Shown here: positions 11,709 through 23,978 of the stretch, piece by piece
Position numbering within the stretch: the first letter of the stretch is position 1
How the letters are laid out: the number at the start of each line of letters is the position of its first letter
Translations under genes and position numbers: made by a program
The notes under the pieces: generated by a model
The model's input: only the letters and a program-made list of their open reading frames with translations
The model's database searches: none
What the model was told of the DNA's origin: nothing
Assembly: GCF_000143415.4 (NCBI RefSeq)
Contig: NW_003314261.1
Coordinates: 2,615,266 to 2,679,265 of the forward strand
Direction of reading: 5' to 3'
Length of the DNA stretch: 64,000 nucleotides
DNA from: Selaginella moellendorffii
Lineage: Eukaryota; Plantae; Lycopodiophyta

Positions 11709-13649
11709 ATGGAGGATATGGATATGCTCGAGGCGGTCTACGAAAGGAAGAGCCGGATGATCCCGGTAGGACCGCAGCCCAGCGTCGGTGGCGGCGATTT
11801 CCAGCAGCCGATGATGCAGTGGAAGGAGGAGGAGGAATCGGCGATGGGAATGGACGAGCTGCTCGCGCACGCCGGCTATAATGTGCGGGCCAGCGATCTG
11901 ACCCACGTCGCGCAGCGGATCGAGGAGCTCGACAGCCTGCTAGGGGCGGCGGCGCCCGCGGATATCCTGGCACAAGACACCGTCCACTACAACCCGTCGG
12001 ATCTGGTCAGCTGGATCGAGGGCATGCTGGACGAGCTCGTTCCGCAGCAGCCCACCGCTACCTCGTCCTCCGATATGGAATCGGTGGTCACCACGATCAC
12101 TCATCAGCAACAGCAGCACCTGGATTTCGGCGGTATACCGCCGCCGCCGCCGCACCAGCAGCAAGGCTACGGCGCCGCCTTCAATCCAAACGTGCTCTAC
12201 GCCGACCAGATGGATCTCAGCAAGAACGAGGTAGGAGTAGTAGCATCTCACTCGCAAATTGCTGCTTCCACCACACCGAGGCCGGCATCAGGTTCGTCCT
12301 CGTCGACGTCACCCCACGGCATACCGCCACATGCCGCCGGCGGTATGACGTCAGCCGCCGCCATGCCCACCATCCAGGAGAGCGACGAATTGAGCGGTGT
12401 CCGCCTCGTCCACCTCCTGCTCGCCTGCGCAAACGCCGTCCAGCGCGGGGACCTCGCCGCCGCCGGCGACATGGTGGCGCAGCTCCGGATACTCGTCGCG
12501 CACCCCAGCAGCAGCAGCAGCGCCATGGCTCGCGTCGCCACCCAGTTCGTGGAGGCCCTCTCGAGGAGGATCCAAAACAGCTGCTACAATGGTGGCGGAG
12601 ATCGCCAGTATCATCACCACCAGTCTCAGCAGCAGCAGCAGCGCCAGCAGCAATTCAAAGAAGAGAGCAGCGATCCTGGAAACACCAACAACGGCGCCAT
12701 GGATGAGATCCTACATTTCCACTTCTACGAGACGTGTCCGTACCTCAAGTTCGCGCACTTCACCGCCAACCAGGCCATCCTGGAAGCGCTCGAGGGCCAC
12801 AAGAGCGTCCACGTCGTGGACTTGGACCTCCAGTATGGCCTCCAGTGGCCGGCTCTCATCCAGGCGCTGGCCCTCCGCCCCGGCGGTCCGCCAACGCTCC
12901 GCCTCACCGGCATCGGCCCGCCGCAGCCCCACCGCCACGACCTCCTCCATGAGATCGGTCTCAAGCTCGCGCAGCTCGCCGACTCTGTCAACGTCGACTT
13001 TGCGTTCCACGGCGTGGTTGCCGCGCGGCTCAACGACGTCCAGCCCTGGATGCTTACCGTGCGTCGCGGCGAGGCTGTGGCCGTCAACTCGGTGTTCCAG
13101 ATGCACAAAGCGCTCGTCGAGGAGCCGTCGGATGGGGGGAATCCGGCGGCTGGCGGCAATGGTGGCGGAGGCCGTCGGTCCAGTCCTATCGACGAGGTTC
13201 TCCGGCTGGTACGTAACTTGAAGCCGAAGATCGTGACGCTGGTGGAGCAGGACGCCGATCACAACAGTCCGGTGTTCATGGAGCGCTTCATGGCGGCACT
13301 CCACTACTACTCCACCATGTTCGACTCGCTCGAGGCCTGCAACTTAGCTCCCGGGAGTGTGGAACAGATGGTAGCCGAGACGTACCTGGGACAGGAGATT
13401 GGTAACATCGTTGCCTGCGAGGGTGCCGCGCGGACCGAGCGGCATGAGACGCTGACGCAGTGGCGGATCCGGATGGCGAGGTCGGGCTTCCAGCCGCTGT
13501 ATCTCGGCTCCAACGCGTTCAAGCAGGCCAACATGCTACTCACGCTCTTCTCGGGTGACGGATACCGGGTGGAGGAGAAAGATGGCTGCCTCACGCTTGG
13601 GTGGCACAGTCGGCCCCTGGTCGCTGCGTCGGCCTGGGAGTGCTGCTAA
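11709..13649 (+). CDS. DELLA: DELLA protein (GRAS family gibberellin-signalling repressor), intronless
   Basis: MDELLAHAGYNV (DELLA), RIEELD (LExLE variant), TVHYNPSDL, VHVVD (VHIID), PYLKFAHFTANQAI, ERHETLTQW, terminal SAW. Confidence 0.97.
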   Translation: MEDMDMLEAVYERKSRMIPVGPQPSVGGGDFQQPMMQWKEEEESAMGMDELLAHAGYNVRASDLTHVAQRIEELDSLLGAAAPADILAQDTVHYNPSDLVSWIEGMLDELVPQQPTATSSSDMESVVTTITHQQQQHLDFGGIPPPPPHQQQGYGAAFNPNVLYADQMDLSKNEVGVVASHSQIAASTTPRPASGSSSSTSPHGIPPHAAGGMTSAAAMPTIQESDELSGVRLVHLLLACANAVQRGDLAAAGDMVAQLRILVAHPSSSSSAMARVATQFVEALSRRIQNSCYNGGGDRQYHHHQSQQQQQRQQQFKEESSDPGNTNNGAMDEILHFHFYETCPYLKFAHFTANQAILEALEGHKSVHVVDLDLQYGLQWPALIQALALRPGGPPTLRLTGIGPPQPHRHDLLHEIGLKLAQLADSVNVDFAFHGVVAARLNDVQPWMLTVRRGEAVAVNSVFQMHKALVEEPSDGGNPAAGGNGGGGRRSSPIDEVLRLVRNLKPKIVTLVEQDADHNSPVFMERFMAALHYYSTMFDSLEACNLAPGSVEQMVAETYLGQEIGNIVACEGAARTERHETLTQWRIRMARSGFQPLYLGSNAFKQANMLLTLFSGDGYRVEEKDGCLTLGWHSRPLVAASAWECC

Positions 13650-14373
13650 AGCCGACGCCCGGAATTTCGGGCCACTGTTCTTCTTCGGTGGTGTCGTTGT
13701 CGGACTCTCCAACATCTCGGGCAAGACTTTGTCGGCGCCTTAATAGTATCTCGATATTATCTCTAGCAGAAGTTGCTGCTGCTGCGCACTGGGCTGTGGA
13801 TGCTTTCCCTGTATATCGTGCTGTGCCTGGCTGCTAGCTCTGGGGGAGGCTTGAGTCTGTCCGAAAAAGTAATCCGTCGAAGTTAAATGGCTCGATCCGG
13901 TTTTTTGCTACAGGTTGCTGTGTGACACATGTCGGCAGTCAATGGATCGGACACCTGGTTGAGAGTTGAAACCAGGAAAAGAAAACGAGTCAGTCAGTGA
14001 GCGGCTAAGGAGAAGAGAGAAGAAATATAGTGTACCTGTTGCTGTTGTAAACTCTATATAATTCACTCCCCGCTAAAATAAGATGATCCATCCTGGCTAC
14101 TCTGGCTCCGAGCAGCAACAGCAACGCTGTAGCTGCCGACTTTAACAGCAGTGGCTCGAAGATCCGTTTCATGTTCCCTGACAGCAGCAAGGGCCGGCGA
14201 CGACAGCAACAACGCAAAGCTGTCTTAATTTCCTGCCACGGGCCCTGGAAGAAAGCATTAGACAAATGCAAGCGAAAACAAATGTCAGCGTTTGAATGAG
14301 AGCGTAATAAACGAGGATTGAAGATGCTGTGCTTGGACCTTGACGTTGATGGCGTGTGCCCGCTCGCAAAGCT

Positions 14374-16528
14374 TCACATGGCTCCTTGCTGCTTACAATC
14401 CCTGGTGTTGCTCTCGGGCGACTTGGACTTTTTCAAAAATTCTGCGAACCTCTCCTCGAAAACCAAGTCACTACAGCTATACACGCTACTCAGACCCTGT
14501 TCGTGAAAGTGTTTCCCCAGACGCTCGAACCGGCGTATGAGCCTCTTGTTGAGGCTGTAGCTGAAGAACTGAGGGAAATGAACGAGCTCGCGCTGAGGCC
14601 GATGCATGGCTTTCATGAAAAACTCGTACTTGGGAACCAGAAGCGTCGCGATGCTGAAGCCCAGGAGCGATGGCAATCTTTTCACCATGTCGGCAATTTC
14701 CTTTCTGCATGCAGGACCACACAAATAAAGAACGAAGAGATTTTGTTGTAACACTTGCCTTTGAAATCCAAGTTCGAGGAAGAAGCACACAGTTGGCTGT
14801 AGTTTCTTGTTGATGCTCAAAGTCAGCAAATGAGGACATCGGCTGAGCACCCTTGTCATCACGAGAGGAAAGTTATTCAGAAGTCAAGCAAGGGCCCGGC
14901 AAAGTGCTGCTTACTTGCCGATGCTTTCCGAGTCAATGCCTAGATTTTGTATGAACTTGAGGTTCGGACGGATCTTGGTTTCCACGTTCAAGCCCAGAAC
15001 CATTGGCTTGGACCGCATAACCTTGAGAATGTTGAAAATCCGTTAGGTAGATGGAAACGTGAACGAATGACTGCACAAACCCTGACGACATCAACACCGA
15101 GACTCGCAAGGAAGCGCACGGTCGGTATCATGTTGTCCTTGATGTGAAGAGTCATCAGCTGCGGAGCTTTAAACAAAACCTGCAATACTTTCGACAGCAC
15201 AGATACTTTAAAGAAACTATACTCACTTTGCCAAGGTCCTTGCGCACTAGGCCCAAGCTGAAGAGAAACTCAACTCTCTCCTGCATGTCATGCTTGATCG
15301 TCAGCAGTCGGGGGTGTCTTCTAAGCAGTTTTCCCATCAACAATGGTGGCACGCCCAGATTCTCGAGAGAAGACACTACTCGGCAAAGGGCCTGCGAATC
15401 AAGCTCAGGGTGATTACTAGAGAAAATGGCAGAGCTTCTCACCTCATGACTGTATCCCAGAAGTCCTGGATACAAATAGAGAATCTTATTGATGTCGTCG
15501 GCGGTGGCGTTGGTGCTCTTTAGAAAATCGACCAGGGGAGCCAGACCCTGAGCGTCCGTCTCGAGAAGAGAAAGCTTTCTGGAGATGATCCGTCCGATGC
15601 TGGTTTGCCGAACTCCAATGCTTTCCAGATAAGTTACCAGGCTTTTCAGCTTTTCCCCATCCATGAGAACCGATGGATACCGGTTGACAAGCCTTTCCGT
15701 GTCTCTGCGAGACAAGCCAATGCTTGCCATGTACGTGACACACTGAGTGAGATCATCCGCGCTTCTCGAGAGCAGCTGTGGAGCTCTCGCCACCAAACTC
15801 GAGAGGCTCATGGACGTGAAACCGAGCCGGTTGAGTACCACGACAGCGGGAGCTAGATCGTTGGGGTGATGGTGGAAAATCTTGGGCCACGCCGCGATCA
15901 CTCTAGCCAAGGAGTTGTACTTGACACCAACGCCTTGGAGAAACTCCACCATTGTGTCCACTGGCTCTACGCCCGACTCTAGAACGAACGGCATCACCTT
16001 TGACACGTCCGAGGCTTTGATCCCGAGCTTGTGGAAGTAGGAAACCAGCTTGGAGAAATTCTTCTCTTCGGCACGGGCCAGCACTGTAGAGACGCCGCTC
16101 TCGGCAGCTCTCGGTGCCTGGGAAGAAAGATTGCTGCGCGGATCGTGCGTATCGGACAATGTAGCATCTTCTTGCTCCTCTTGCAAGCCGCTGATAATCT
16201 TGTCGGCGTGCCTGAGAACTTCGAAAGCGTACCGTGAAGGAATCCCATGGCGCTCCAGCAGCGCAAGCAGCGCATTCACGACCTGGCCCCTCTCCAGCCG
16301 CGGCGATTGCGATTCCTCCACCGCCAGCGCCTCGATCTCCAGAAGCGTCGGGACATTGCGCTCCTTCTTGGATTTCGGCGCCGCGGCAGCAGCAGCAGCA
16401 GCTGCCAAGGAATACCTGGATCGAAACGAACAAGCCGCTATCCCTCTCGATCGACGGAAGAACGAGCGCTGGAAGACGCCATTGGCTAGGGCCGCGCAAG
16501 AAGAGTCGAGGAGGCGAGGGACCGCCAT
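14374..16528 (-). CDS. mTERF-family organellar protein, multi-exon
   Basis: Transit-peptide-like N-terminus. mTERF repeats (RAPQLL, RYPSVL, RRHPRLLT, RCPHLLTLSINKKLQPTVCFF, FPQFFSYSLNKRLIRR) spread over ORFs 15155-16528, 14988-15200 and 14374-14862. Confidence 0.9.
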
Positions 16529-16645
16529 GGCACATTGAAAATATGCGAGGATTTAGGGTTTATAACCAGTCGATTGCGATACTCACGCCAAACGAAAAAA
16601 TTAGTAGTAGTATCGATCACCATAGATGATCTTCGCAAAGCATTG

Positions 16646-17917
16646 TCAGTGGCGCCGCCTCTTGCTATACTCGTCGCTATAATCCTCTCCTTTCTCTCTC
16701 GATTTGTAGCTATGGCTGCTGGGCTTGTTAGCGTTGTGATCCCGATCTCTACTGTCCCTGTGTTGCTGCCTCTCTTTCTCGCGATCCAAATCCTTTCCAT
16801 CCTTGTGATCCCGCGAAGCTTTGCCGGTTTCTTTGCCGCTACCTCGGCCATCCTCGTCCTCGAAACCATACCCGCCACCGCCGCCCCGCTCGCTCTCCTC
16901 CCATCCGCCGCTACTCCACCCTCCAGCATTCGCGATCGCGTGCCCGTTTGCTCCGCCCCGTCCGAAGAACGCTGGATTTACGTGAGGCGGCGGCACGCCC
17001 GGGTAGTGCATCGGATACGCAGGACCCCGCGGCATGAATCCCATCCCGAAAATGCCCGGTCTCATCGGAGGAACAAAGCCCGGATCGCCAAACAGCCCCA
17101 TTCCTCCTAGCGGAAGTTGTCCATTGTTACCACCACCACCACGGCCGCGTCCTCGTCCTCTACCACCGCCGCCACCACCCCCGCCACCGCCGCTATTTTT
17201 CTTCCCGGCCTGGCCTTGCTGTGGAGCTTGCGCTGCTTGCGATGGCTGGCTCTGGCTCTGGCTCTTCGCGTTTACTTGCTTGAGGACTTGGGGCGTGGCG
17301 TACTGGACGACGCAAGGGCGCCCATTGAAAATCCTGCCATTGAGCTGCTCCTTGCATTGCTGGGCCGCGAGTGGATCGTAGAACTCAACCTGGCAGTAGC
17401 CCTTGGATTTGCCACTGGCTCTCTCCTCGGAGAATTTCAGCCCCTTGTGCCGCCCGAAATCCGCCAGCGCGGCCTCCAGATCGGCGTCTGTCGTCCACCA
17501 GTGAAGCTCCGAGATGAAAATCCCCGCCTTCGCATTCGCATCCACGAACTGCTGCTGCTGCGGTGGCGGCCGAGCGAGAATCCCTGGCGAAGAATCGATA
17601 GGAGCTGCTGGAGCAGCGCTCTCGCCAGTGGCAATGGGAGGATCTTCATCCTTGCTGAAACTCTCTGGCGCCGCATTAACCCTAGCCGGCGCTGTCGTCC
17701 TGTCCTGCTCGTCCCTGGGGTAGAGCTCACCAGATCCCTTCCCTGGCGCTGCCGCTACTGGCGATGGCGCTGGACGAGCTGGAGGAGCAGCCGCTTCCTG
17801 GGGAAAGAACCCTACATTTACATCGTCGTAGAGATCCTCGTACTCCTCATCGAAATCCTCGTCGCCGCCAATGCCCGCGCTGCCGATCTCCACATCGAAA
17901 TCGAGCTCCTCCACCAT
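16646..17917 (-). CDS. CFIm68/CPSF6-like RRM protein (cleavage factor Im large subunit), intronless copy
   Basis: YEDLYDDVNVG N-terminal motif; RRM IFISELHWWTTDADLE...ERASGKSKGYCQVEF; Pro/Gly-rich PPHVNPAFFGRG; R/D/E-rich tail ending KRRRH. Confidence 0.85.
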   Translation of the reverse strand: MVEELDFDVEIGSAGIGGDEDFDEEYEDLYDDVNVGFFPQEAAAPPARPAPSPVAAAPGKGSGELYPRDEQDRTTAPARVNAAPESFSKDEDPPIATGESAAPAAPIDSSPGILARPPPQQQQFVDANAKAGIFISELHWWTTDADLEAALADFGRHKGLKFSEERASGKSKGYCQVEFYDPLAAQQCKEQLNGRIFNGRPCVVQYATPQVLKQVNAKSQSQSQPSQAAQAPQQGQAGKKNSGGGGGGGGGGRGRGRGRGGGGNNGQLPLGGMGLFGDPGFVPPMRPGIFGMGFMPRGPAYPMHYPGVPPPHVNPAFFGRGGANGHAIANAGGWSSGGWEESERGGGGGYGFEDEDGRGSGKETGKASRDHKDGKDLDREKERQQHRDSRDRDHNANKPSSHSYKSREKGEDYSDEYSKRRRH

Positions 17918-18063
17918 CGATCAAGAGAAGATAAATAACAAGAAACCCTAATGCTATCCATTCCACGTCAGCAGGGTCATCCGCGCTGTCACGCCACGTC
18001 GGACAACAGTTAGGGCTCTTGAGACCTGGAAGTTCTTGATGTTTTCTATTTCTCTTTGTTCTT

Positions 18064-19233
18064 TTAGCTATACTCATTGGTAGCCTCTGGGTGGTAGTAA
18101 CACATCTCGTTCCATACTTTCTCTCTTAGCGCGTCCTCTCGGAGCTCCTCATCCTCGAAATCAAACTCAAACGCCGCGGATGCCGATGGCTCCAGCGCCG
18201 CGTCGTGGAGCATCGAGAGATACGGATGCTCCAGCGCGTCTGTGACCGTGAGCCGCTTCTTCGGATCAAACACGAGCATCTGGTCGATGAGGTTGAGCGC
18301 CAGTGGATTGGCTCTCGGATAGAGGCGCTCCAGCGGGATCTTTGGAGCAAACGGCAGCGAGCGGATGTAGCTCCTGGCCTTGTTGCTCAGGATGAACTGC
18401 AGGTCGTCCTCCTCGGGCGATCCAATTGTGTTGATGATGAGCTTGAGCTGGTGGATGTAGTCCTTGCCCGGGAAGATTGGCTTCCGGCCCAGCAGCTCCG
18501 CAAAGATGCAGCCCACTGACCACATATCGATCGCGCTCGTGTACTCTTCGCACGAGAGCAGGAGCTCCGGAGCTCGGTACCACCGCGTGACAACGTACTC
18601 GGTCATGAACTGGCCCTTGTCACTGCCAGTTCTCGCCAGGCCGAAGTCACAGATCTTGAGATCGCAGCTCGCGTTCAGGAGGAGATTGCTGGGCTTGAGA
18701 TCCCGGTGAAGAACATTAGCCGAGTGGACATACTTCAGTCCTCGTAGCAGCTGCTTGAAACGAGCTCTTAGCACTTTGAAACAAAAGGAGCTTTTTCGCT
18801 CGCTACGTACCTGATAGATGAAGTATTGGCAGTGATCATCCGTCAATGCCTGCGAGGATCTGATGATCTGGTGTAGATCCGTGTCCATGAGCTCGTAGAC
18901 GAGATAGACATCGTTGAATGACGATCTTCCCACCGGCTTCATGATGTCCTTGATCCCAATTATGTTCTCGTGGTAAAGATGGCGGAGAAGCCGGATCTCT
19001 CGCAGAGTCCTCCGCGCGTCCGTGGTGTTCTCGAACGCGTTGGTAATCTTTTTGATCGCCACCTTCTCGCCAGACTCGGAGTTTGTGGCCGAGCACACAA
19101 CGCCGTAAGCTCCCTTGCCAATCGGCTTGATCGGCGCATACCTCTGATCTATCTCGAACAAGCTGCGCCAGAGCATGTAGTAGTGCTTGCCGGGATGAGC
19201 AATGCCACCGGGAGGATCTACCTTTTGAGCCAT
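18064..19233 (-). CDS. Group C MAP kinase (TEY; MPK1/2/7/14-like), one 60-bp intron at 18751-18810
   Basis: [41 protein letters not shown]-terminal [18 protein letters not shown] is typical of group C. Confidence 0.95.
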   Translation of the reverse strand: MAQKVDPPGGIAHPGKHYYMLWRSLFEIDQRYAPIKPIGKGAYGVVCSATNSESGEKVAIKKITNAFENTTDARRTLREIRLLRHLYHENIIGIKDIMKPVGRSSFNDVYLVYELMDTDLHQIIRSSQALTDDHCQYFIYQVRSERKSSFCFKVLRARFKQLLRGLKYVHSANVLHRDLKPSNLLLNASCDLKICDFGLARTGSDKGQFMTEYVVTRWYRAPELLLSCEEYTSAIDMWSVGCIFAELLGRKPIFPGKDYIHQLKLIINTIGSPEEDDLQFILSNKARSYIRSLPFAPKIPLERLYPRANPLALNLIDQMLVFDPKKRLTVTDALEHPYLSMLHDAALEPSASAAFEFDFEDEELREDALREKVWNEMCYYHPEATNEYS

Positions 19234-20043
19234 GGGGAATTTAACACTTACAAGCTCGGGGAGGAGAGTCCATTCTGCTCGCTAATGCCGCTGCCCGAGT
19301 GGATTCCAGCATCTCTCTTTTCTCTCAACGATGGATCCAGCTCCCAGTAAAGAAGAAATTCTCGAATATAAAAACCAGCTTTGTTGCTTGCTCTGGATTT
19401 GGATTCGTGATGCTTCCAAAATTTGCCGAGCGGGGATTCAACACGCTGTGGGACAAATGTAGCCCCCCAAGAATGCCCGGAACGAACAAGGAAGAGTGAC
19501 GATCATACGGCCGGCATACCGCGGTCGAAATGCTGCTGCATCGCGCCAATTCGCGCCACGACAAGGCGAGGAGATCGGTCGCGCCAGGATGCGCCGGGGG
19601 AGAGGAGAGATCGGCGAGCCCTAGCTATGGCGAGGCGAGCGGGCGATGGAAGAAGAAGAGAGAAAGAAACCCTAGGGACGCAGCACCAAAGGAACGGGAA
19701 TCGACGGATGGGCGTAACGCTCGCCGGCTTCGAGCCTTGGACTTGTTGGGTGTTGCGTTAGTTAAACAGACAATCTAAATAAGTTGGTTTAACCTCTCTT
19801 TCTTGACCTCCTCTAGGGTTCTTCGCTGTGGGGAGAAGGATGCGCGTGGTATTGGAGCTGAGAGCCTGCAATTTTACTCCTACAAGATCGATGCGACCCG
19901 CAGGCAGGCAATGCTAGGTGTGTTCTTGGGCGATCCGCGAGCACGGATATCGCGAATCGATGAACAGCGCCTAGAGCGGGGCTTTTAGAATTTGGGGGCG
20001 AGGCGGAGGGATTTGTGACGAATTTCAAGGATTTTCAGCAAGA

Positions 20044-21161
20044 ATGGTGTTCTGGGAAGGCTATGCAAGCGATGAATTGATGGGAACGGTGCTGCCGTTG
20101 GTGGTCTACTGGGTTTATGCCGGTTTTTACCACTTGCTGCCGCCGCTGGATCACTTGAGGCTTCACTCACGCAAGGAAAGTAGCAGAAATCTGGTGACTA
20201 TGCCGACAGTCATCAAAGGCGTGCTGCTCCAGCAGGGAATTCAAGCGTCGATGGCGATTTTGCTCTTCTCGGTGAGATCTCTATCTCTTTTGTGGAAAAT
20301 GTGAGGTAGCGTTCGTTGTCGTTTGATGTCAAATTCCTGGCCATTCTCGTTAGTGTTTCGTTTCGTGAAAGTACTGTTTTTCCGAACGATTTTTTTTTCC
20401 TGTCCAAATCTTTTTTTTTTTGGGTCAAAACTTCCGCTACTTAGATAAAGTTGTGGTGGAGTTTCTCGGTAGACTTAGCGAGTTGGATGGAGTTTTTTGC
20501 TTTATTTCAAACTCTTGAAAGTTCGGTTAGCTTCTTGTCCTTGATCTGGTACTGCAAAGTTAGTTTTTTTTTCCCCGATAGTTCTAACACTCAACCTTAT
20601 TCTTTGCAGATCACGTCTCAGAAGCCGAGCGACGATAAAAATCCCGTCCAGCCACCGCTGGCGATGCAACTCTTCCAGTTCGTGGTTGCGATGCTGGTGA
20701 TGGATACTTGGCAGTACTTTGTCCACCGCCTGATGCATGTCAACAAGTTCCTCTACCGTCACGTCCACTCTCACCACCACCGACTCGTCGTGCCTTACGC
20801 TTTCGGCGCCCTCTACAACCATCCTCTCGAGGGCCTCTTGCTCGACACGGTCGGGGGCGCGCTCTCGTTTCTCGCCTCGGGTATGACACCACGAACAGCG
20901 GTCTTCTTCTTCTCGTTCGCGACGATCAAGACGGTGGATGATCACTGCGGGATCATGATCCCGGGGAATCCCTTCCACACCATCTTCCGGAACAACGCTG
21001 CTTACCACGACATCCACCACCAGCTCTTCGGCACCAAGTATAACTTCTCGCAGCCTTTCTTCGTGATGTGGGATAAGATCCTGGGGACTCATATGCCGTT
21101 TAATCTGGAGGAGAGAGCCGAGGGGGGATTCGAGGCCAGACCGCTCAAGCTCAAGGAATAG
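20044..21161 (+). CDS. SBH: Sphingoid base C4-hydroxylase; exons 20044-20271, 20610-21161
   Basis: SDELMGTVLPLVVYWVY; His boxes HRLMH, HSHHH, DDHCG, HDIHH; KYNFSQPFFVMWDKILGT. Confidence 0.93.
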
Positions 21162-21809
21162 AACGACACGGACATCATCGGAGTTGTGAGCTCGCTCGTC
21201 CCGGCCAAGATCATATCAGGCACTGTAAATTCTATCAGAGAGTGGTGGTTTCGCTGACGAGAGGAAGAGATTTGAGGAGAAACGCAGCGTTTGTATAGAA
21301 CAAAATGGACTTTCTGCCTAAAGAGTTACATGGATGGATTTGCATTTGAAGTTTTCTGGGATATACCCTTGCCTATTGTGGACCGGTCAAATGTGGGGGA
21401 TGAGAATCGATCCAACAACCGGTATACGTGTAAAGGAGACCAGCAAAGAGTTGACACCTGGTTTGATCCCTATTGTCCGCTTTGGACCACCACGTAAATA
21501 AAGTAGTGTTTGGCGGTGTTATATGGTGAATTACCTGACACGTCACAAGGGCAAACGAATATTTTACTCTCCGGCTCTAAGAACTCGCGGATTTAGGTCT
21601 ATTATAGAGGGACCCCTGCTTAATCGGGGGGGAGAAGAATCGTGCGCTCTCCGTTGTCCCGATTTTTGCGCATTGCCCGCGCAAAAGTCGATCGATCGTC
21701 TTCTTCTCTGGAATCGCGCTTGCGATTCTACTCTCTTCTTGTTCTCCGCGATGGCGTTCTGATTTTCTTGGAATATTTTCGTCATCGTCGTCTTTCCCTT
21801 GCTTCGGCC

Positions 21810-23661
21810 ATGGTAGGAGCCGGATTCGCAGTGCTTCGAGCGCTCCGTGCGGGCATGGAGCAGCAGAACGAGCCGATAACGCGGCTCCTGGATTTCTCGC
21901 TCATGCCGATCGCCAAGGTCCTTGTAATGTGCGCGCTGGGAGCGATTATGGCGTCACCGCGGATCAATATCCTCACGGCGAACACCAGGAAGCAACTGAG
22001 CAAGGTGCGCGAAAAATTTTGTGTGTCCCTTTCTGTCGTGCTCTCGCCGTGCTTAACACTTTGCTTTGTTCTTAATGTAGCTTGTTTTTACTCTGTTTCT
22101 ACCTTGCTTAATCTTCACGAAGCTTGGATCGGCAGTGACACTGCAGAAAATGCTCGAATGGTCGGTGTGAAGATTGTAGTTTCTTAATGTTTGATCGATA
22201 CTGATATGATGATGTTGTGATGTAGGTGGTTCATTCCAGTGAATGTTTTGCTCGCTACAATTCTTGGCTGCGCTCTTGGATGGCTTGTGGCTGTCATCAT
22301 CAAACCTCCTCGAGAGTTTTTCAATCTGACGATTGTTATGATCGGTGTTGGTGCGTTATACTTGCTAGCTTCACTCGAGTTTATGCATAATCTAACCTCT
22401 CGTAAGTGACTCTTTCTAACTTCTCTTTGTGACTTTTGCCAGGGAATATCGGGAACATCCCTCTTGTGCTGCTTGGAGCCGTGTGTCGTGACGACGAGAA
22501 TCCTTTTGGCGACCCCGCGACGTGCAATGCGCAATCCGTGGCCTACATATCGTTTGGTCAATGGGTAATAAGTTGTTTTCATCTCTTTATTTGCTTCGCT
22601 TTCTGAGCAAACGCGTGCAGGTTGGAGCGGTGATAGCATATACGTTCGTGATGCGCATGCTGAGACCTCCGAAAGGTGACACCACCGCCATTCAAGAATG
22701 TGACTTGACGGAGCCTCTGGTGATAAAAATCAACGGCCAGACCGCAGTTGTGAATCCCCTCGAGGTTCCTGTGGTGAAAGACTACCCGCAGCTTACCGCG
22801 TATGCAGAAGATGAGTGGAAGGATCCCGCACATAACAAGGTTCAAGAGTCTTTTATGCTCTGTCAAACACGCACTGACGAGTGACGTTTCTTTGCAGCAT
22901 GCACTTTTGAGGAAGTTCCTGGCAACTCTCAGGAGTGTCATGCAGCCAGCGATAAACGCTTCAGTAAGTCTGCTTTTCTTCCATCGTGCTTTCTCAAAGT
23001 CGCGAGGTGTCTTTAGATCCTGGCCCTTGTCGTAGGAGCAATACCATTTTTGAAGTACCTCTTCTTGGATGACGATGGAGCGCTGTTTTTTCTGTCTGAC
23101 GCCTTGAACATAACGGGGTACGCTTCTAAATAACGCTCGTTCAGTTGAATCTAAACGCCACGTCTAAATGCCACACAGGTCGGCGATGGTGCCCTGCATG
23201 ATGCTCGTCCTCGGTGCAAGCCTTGCTAAAGGTACACACATTCTAATCTTTAAGACCGTGTGTCCTTTTCCTAACTGCTGGTGTGCGATGGCAGGCCCGG
23301 GAGCGTCCAGCCTTGGCATGAAAACAACCGTTACGATCACGGTTGTGAGGCTTCTAGTCATGCCAGCGATCGGATTACTTGTCGTGGAGGGGGCAGATCG
23401 ACTGAGCCTCATCCCCGCTCAGAACAAACTCTTCCGCTTCGTTCTTCTCTTGCAACACTCGATGCCATCGTCGATTCTAGCTGGTAAGTCAGTGCTAAAA
23501 TTCTATCCATTCTCTAATGCGACTCGCTTTTACCAGGAACCGTGGCAAGCATTCAGGGCCATGGAGAGAAAGAAATATCGGCAGTTTTGTTCTGGGAGCA
23601 CATATGCGCCGTGTTTACGATGACCGCATGGCTGGTCCTCTTCCTCAACCATCTCTTTTGA
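21810..23661 (+). CDS. PILS: PIN-LIKES (PILS) auxin transporter family protein, multi-exon
   Basis: MPIAKVLVMCALG, LVFTLFLPCLIF, WFIPVNV, GNIGNIPLVLL, AMVPCMMLVLG, FRFVLLLQHSMPSSILAG; stop at 23659-23661. Confidence 0.9.
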
Positions 23662-23978
23662 GAACTGGTACGCGAAGATACGAGAAATAGTTTTGTTGTT
23701 GTTGTTGTACAGGCTTCTCACCGAATCGTGAGAACGAAAAGACAAAGGCTGGTTCTATATTGGACACGTAAGTTATTTACTGTTATCACAGCGATGCCTT
23801 GAAATTTAATAACGGGAAATTTTTTGTCGACTGATGAGTTGTGTTTGTTTCTTCCTTGAGAATTTACATAGCTCCTCGCAAATGGCTGCTGGCCGGTGGC
23901 TAAAAATTTCCAGCACTGGACGACAAAGCGATGATCAAGGTACTTACTTGGTTCTTCCTTGAAGCTGCTAAAATTCTT

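Noticed and set aside
17940-17952. Telo-box-like AAACCCTA motifs near several gene starts (also ~19668, ~54023, ~54771)
   Set aside because: A common plant promoter/5' UTR motif; not distinctive.
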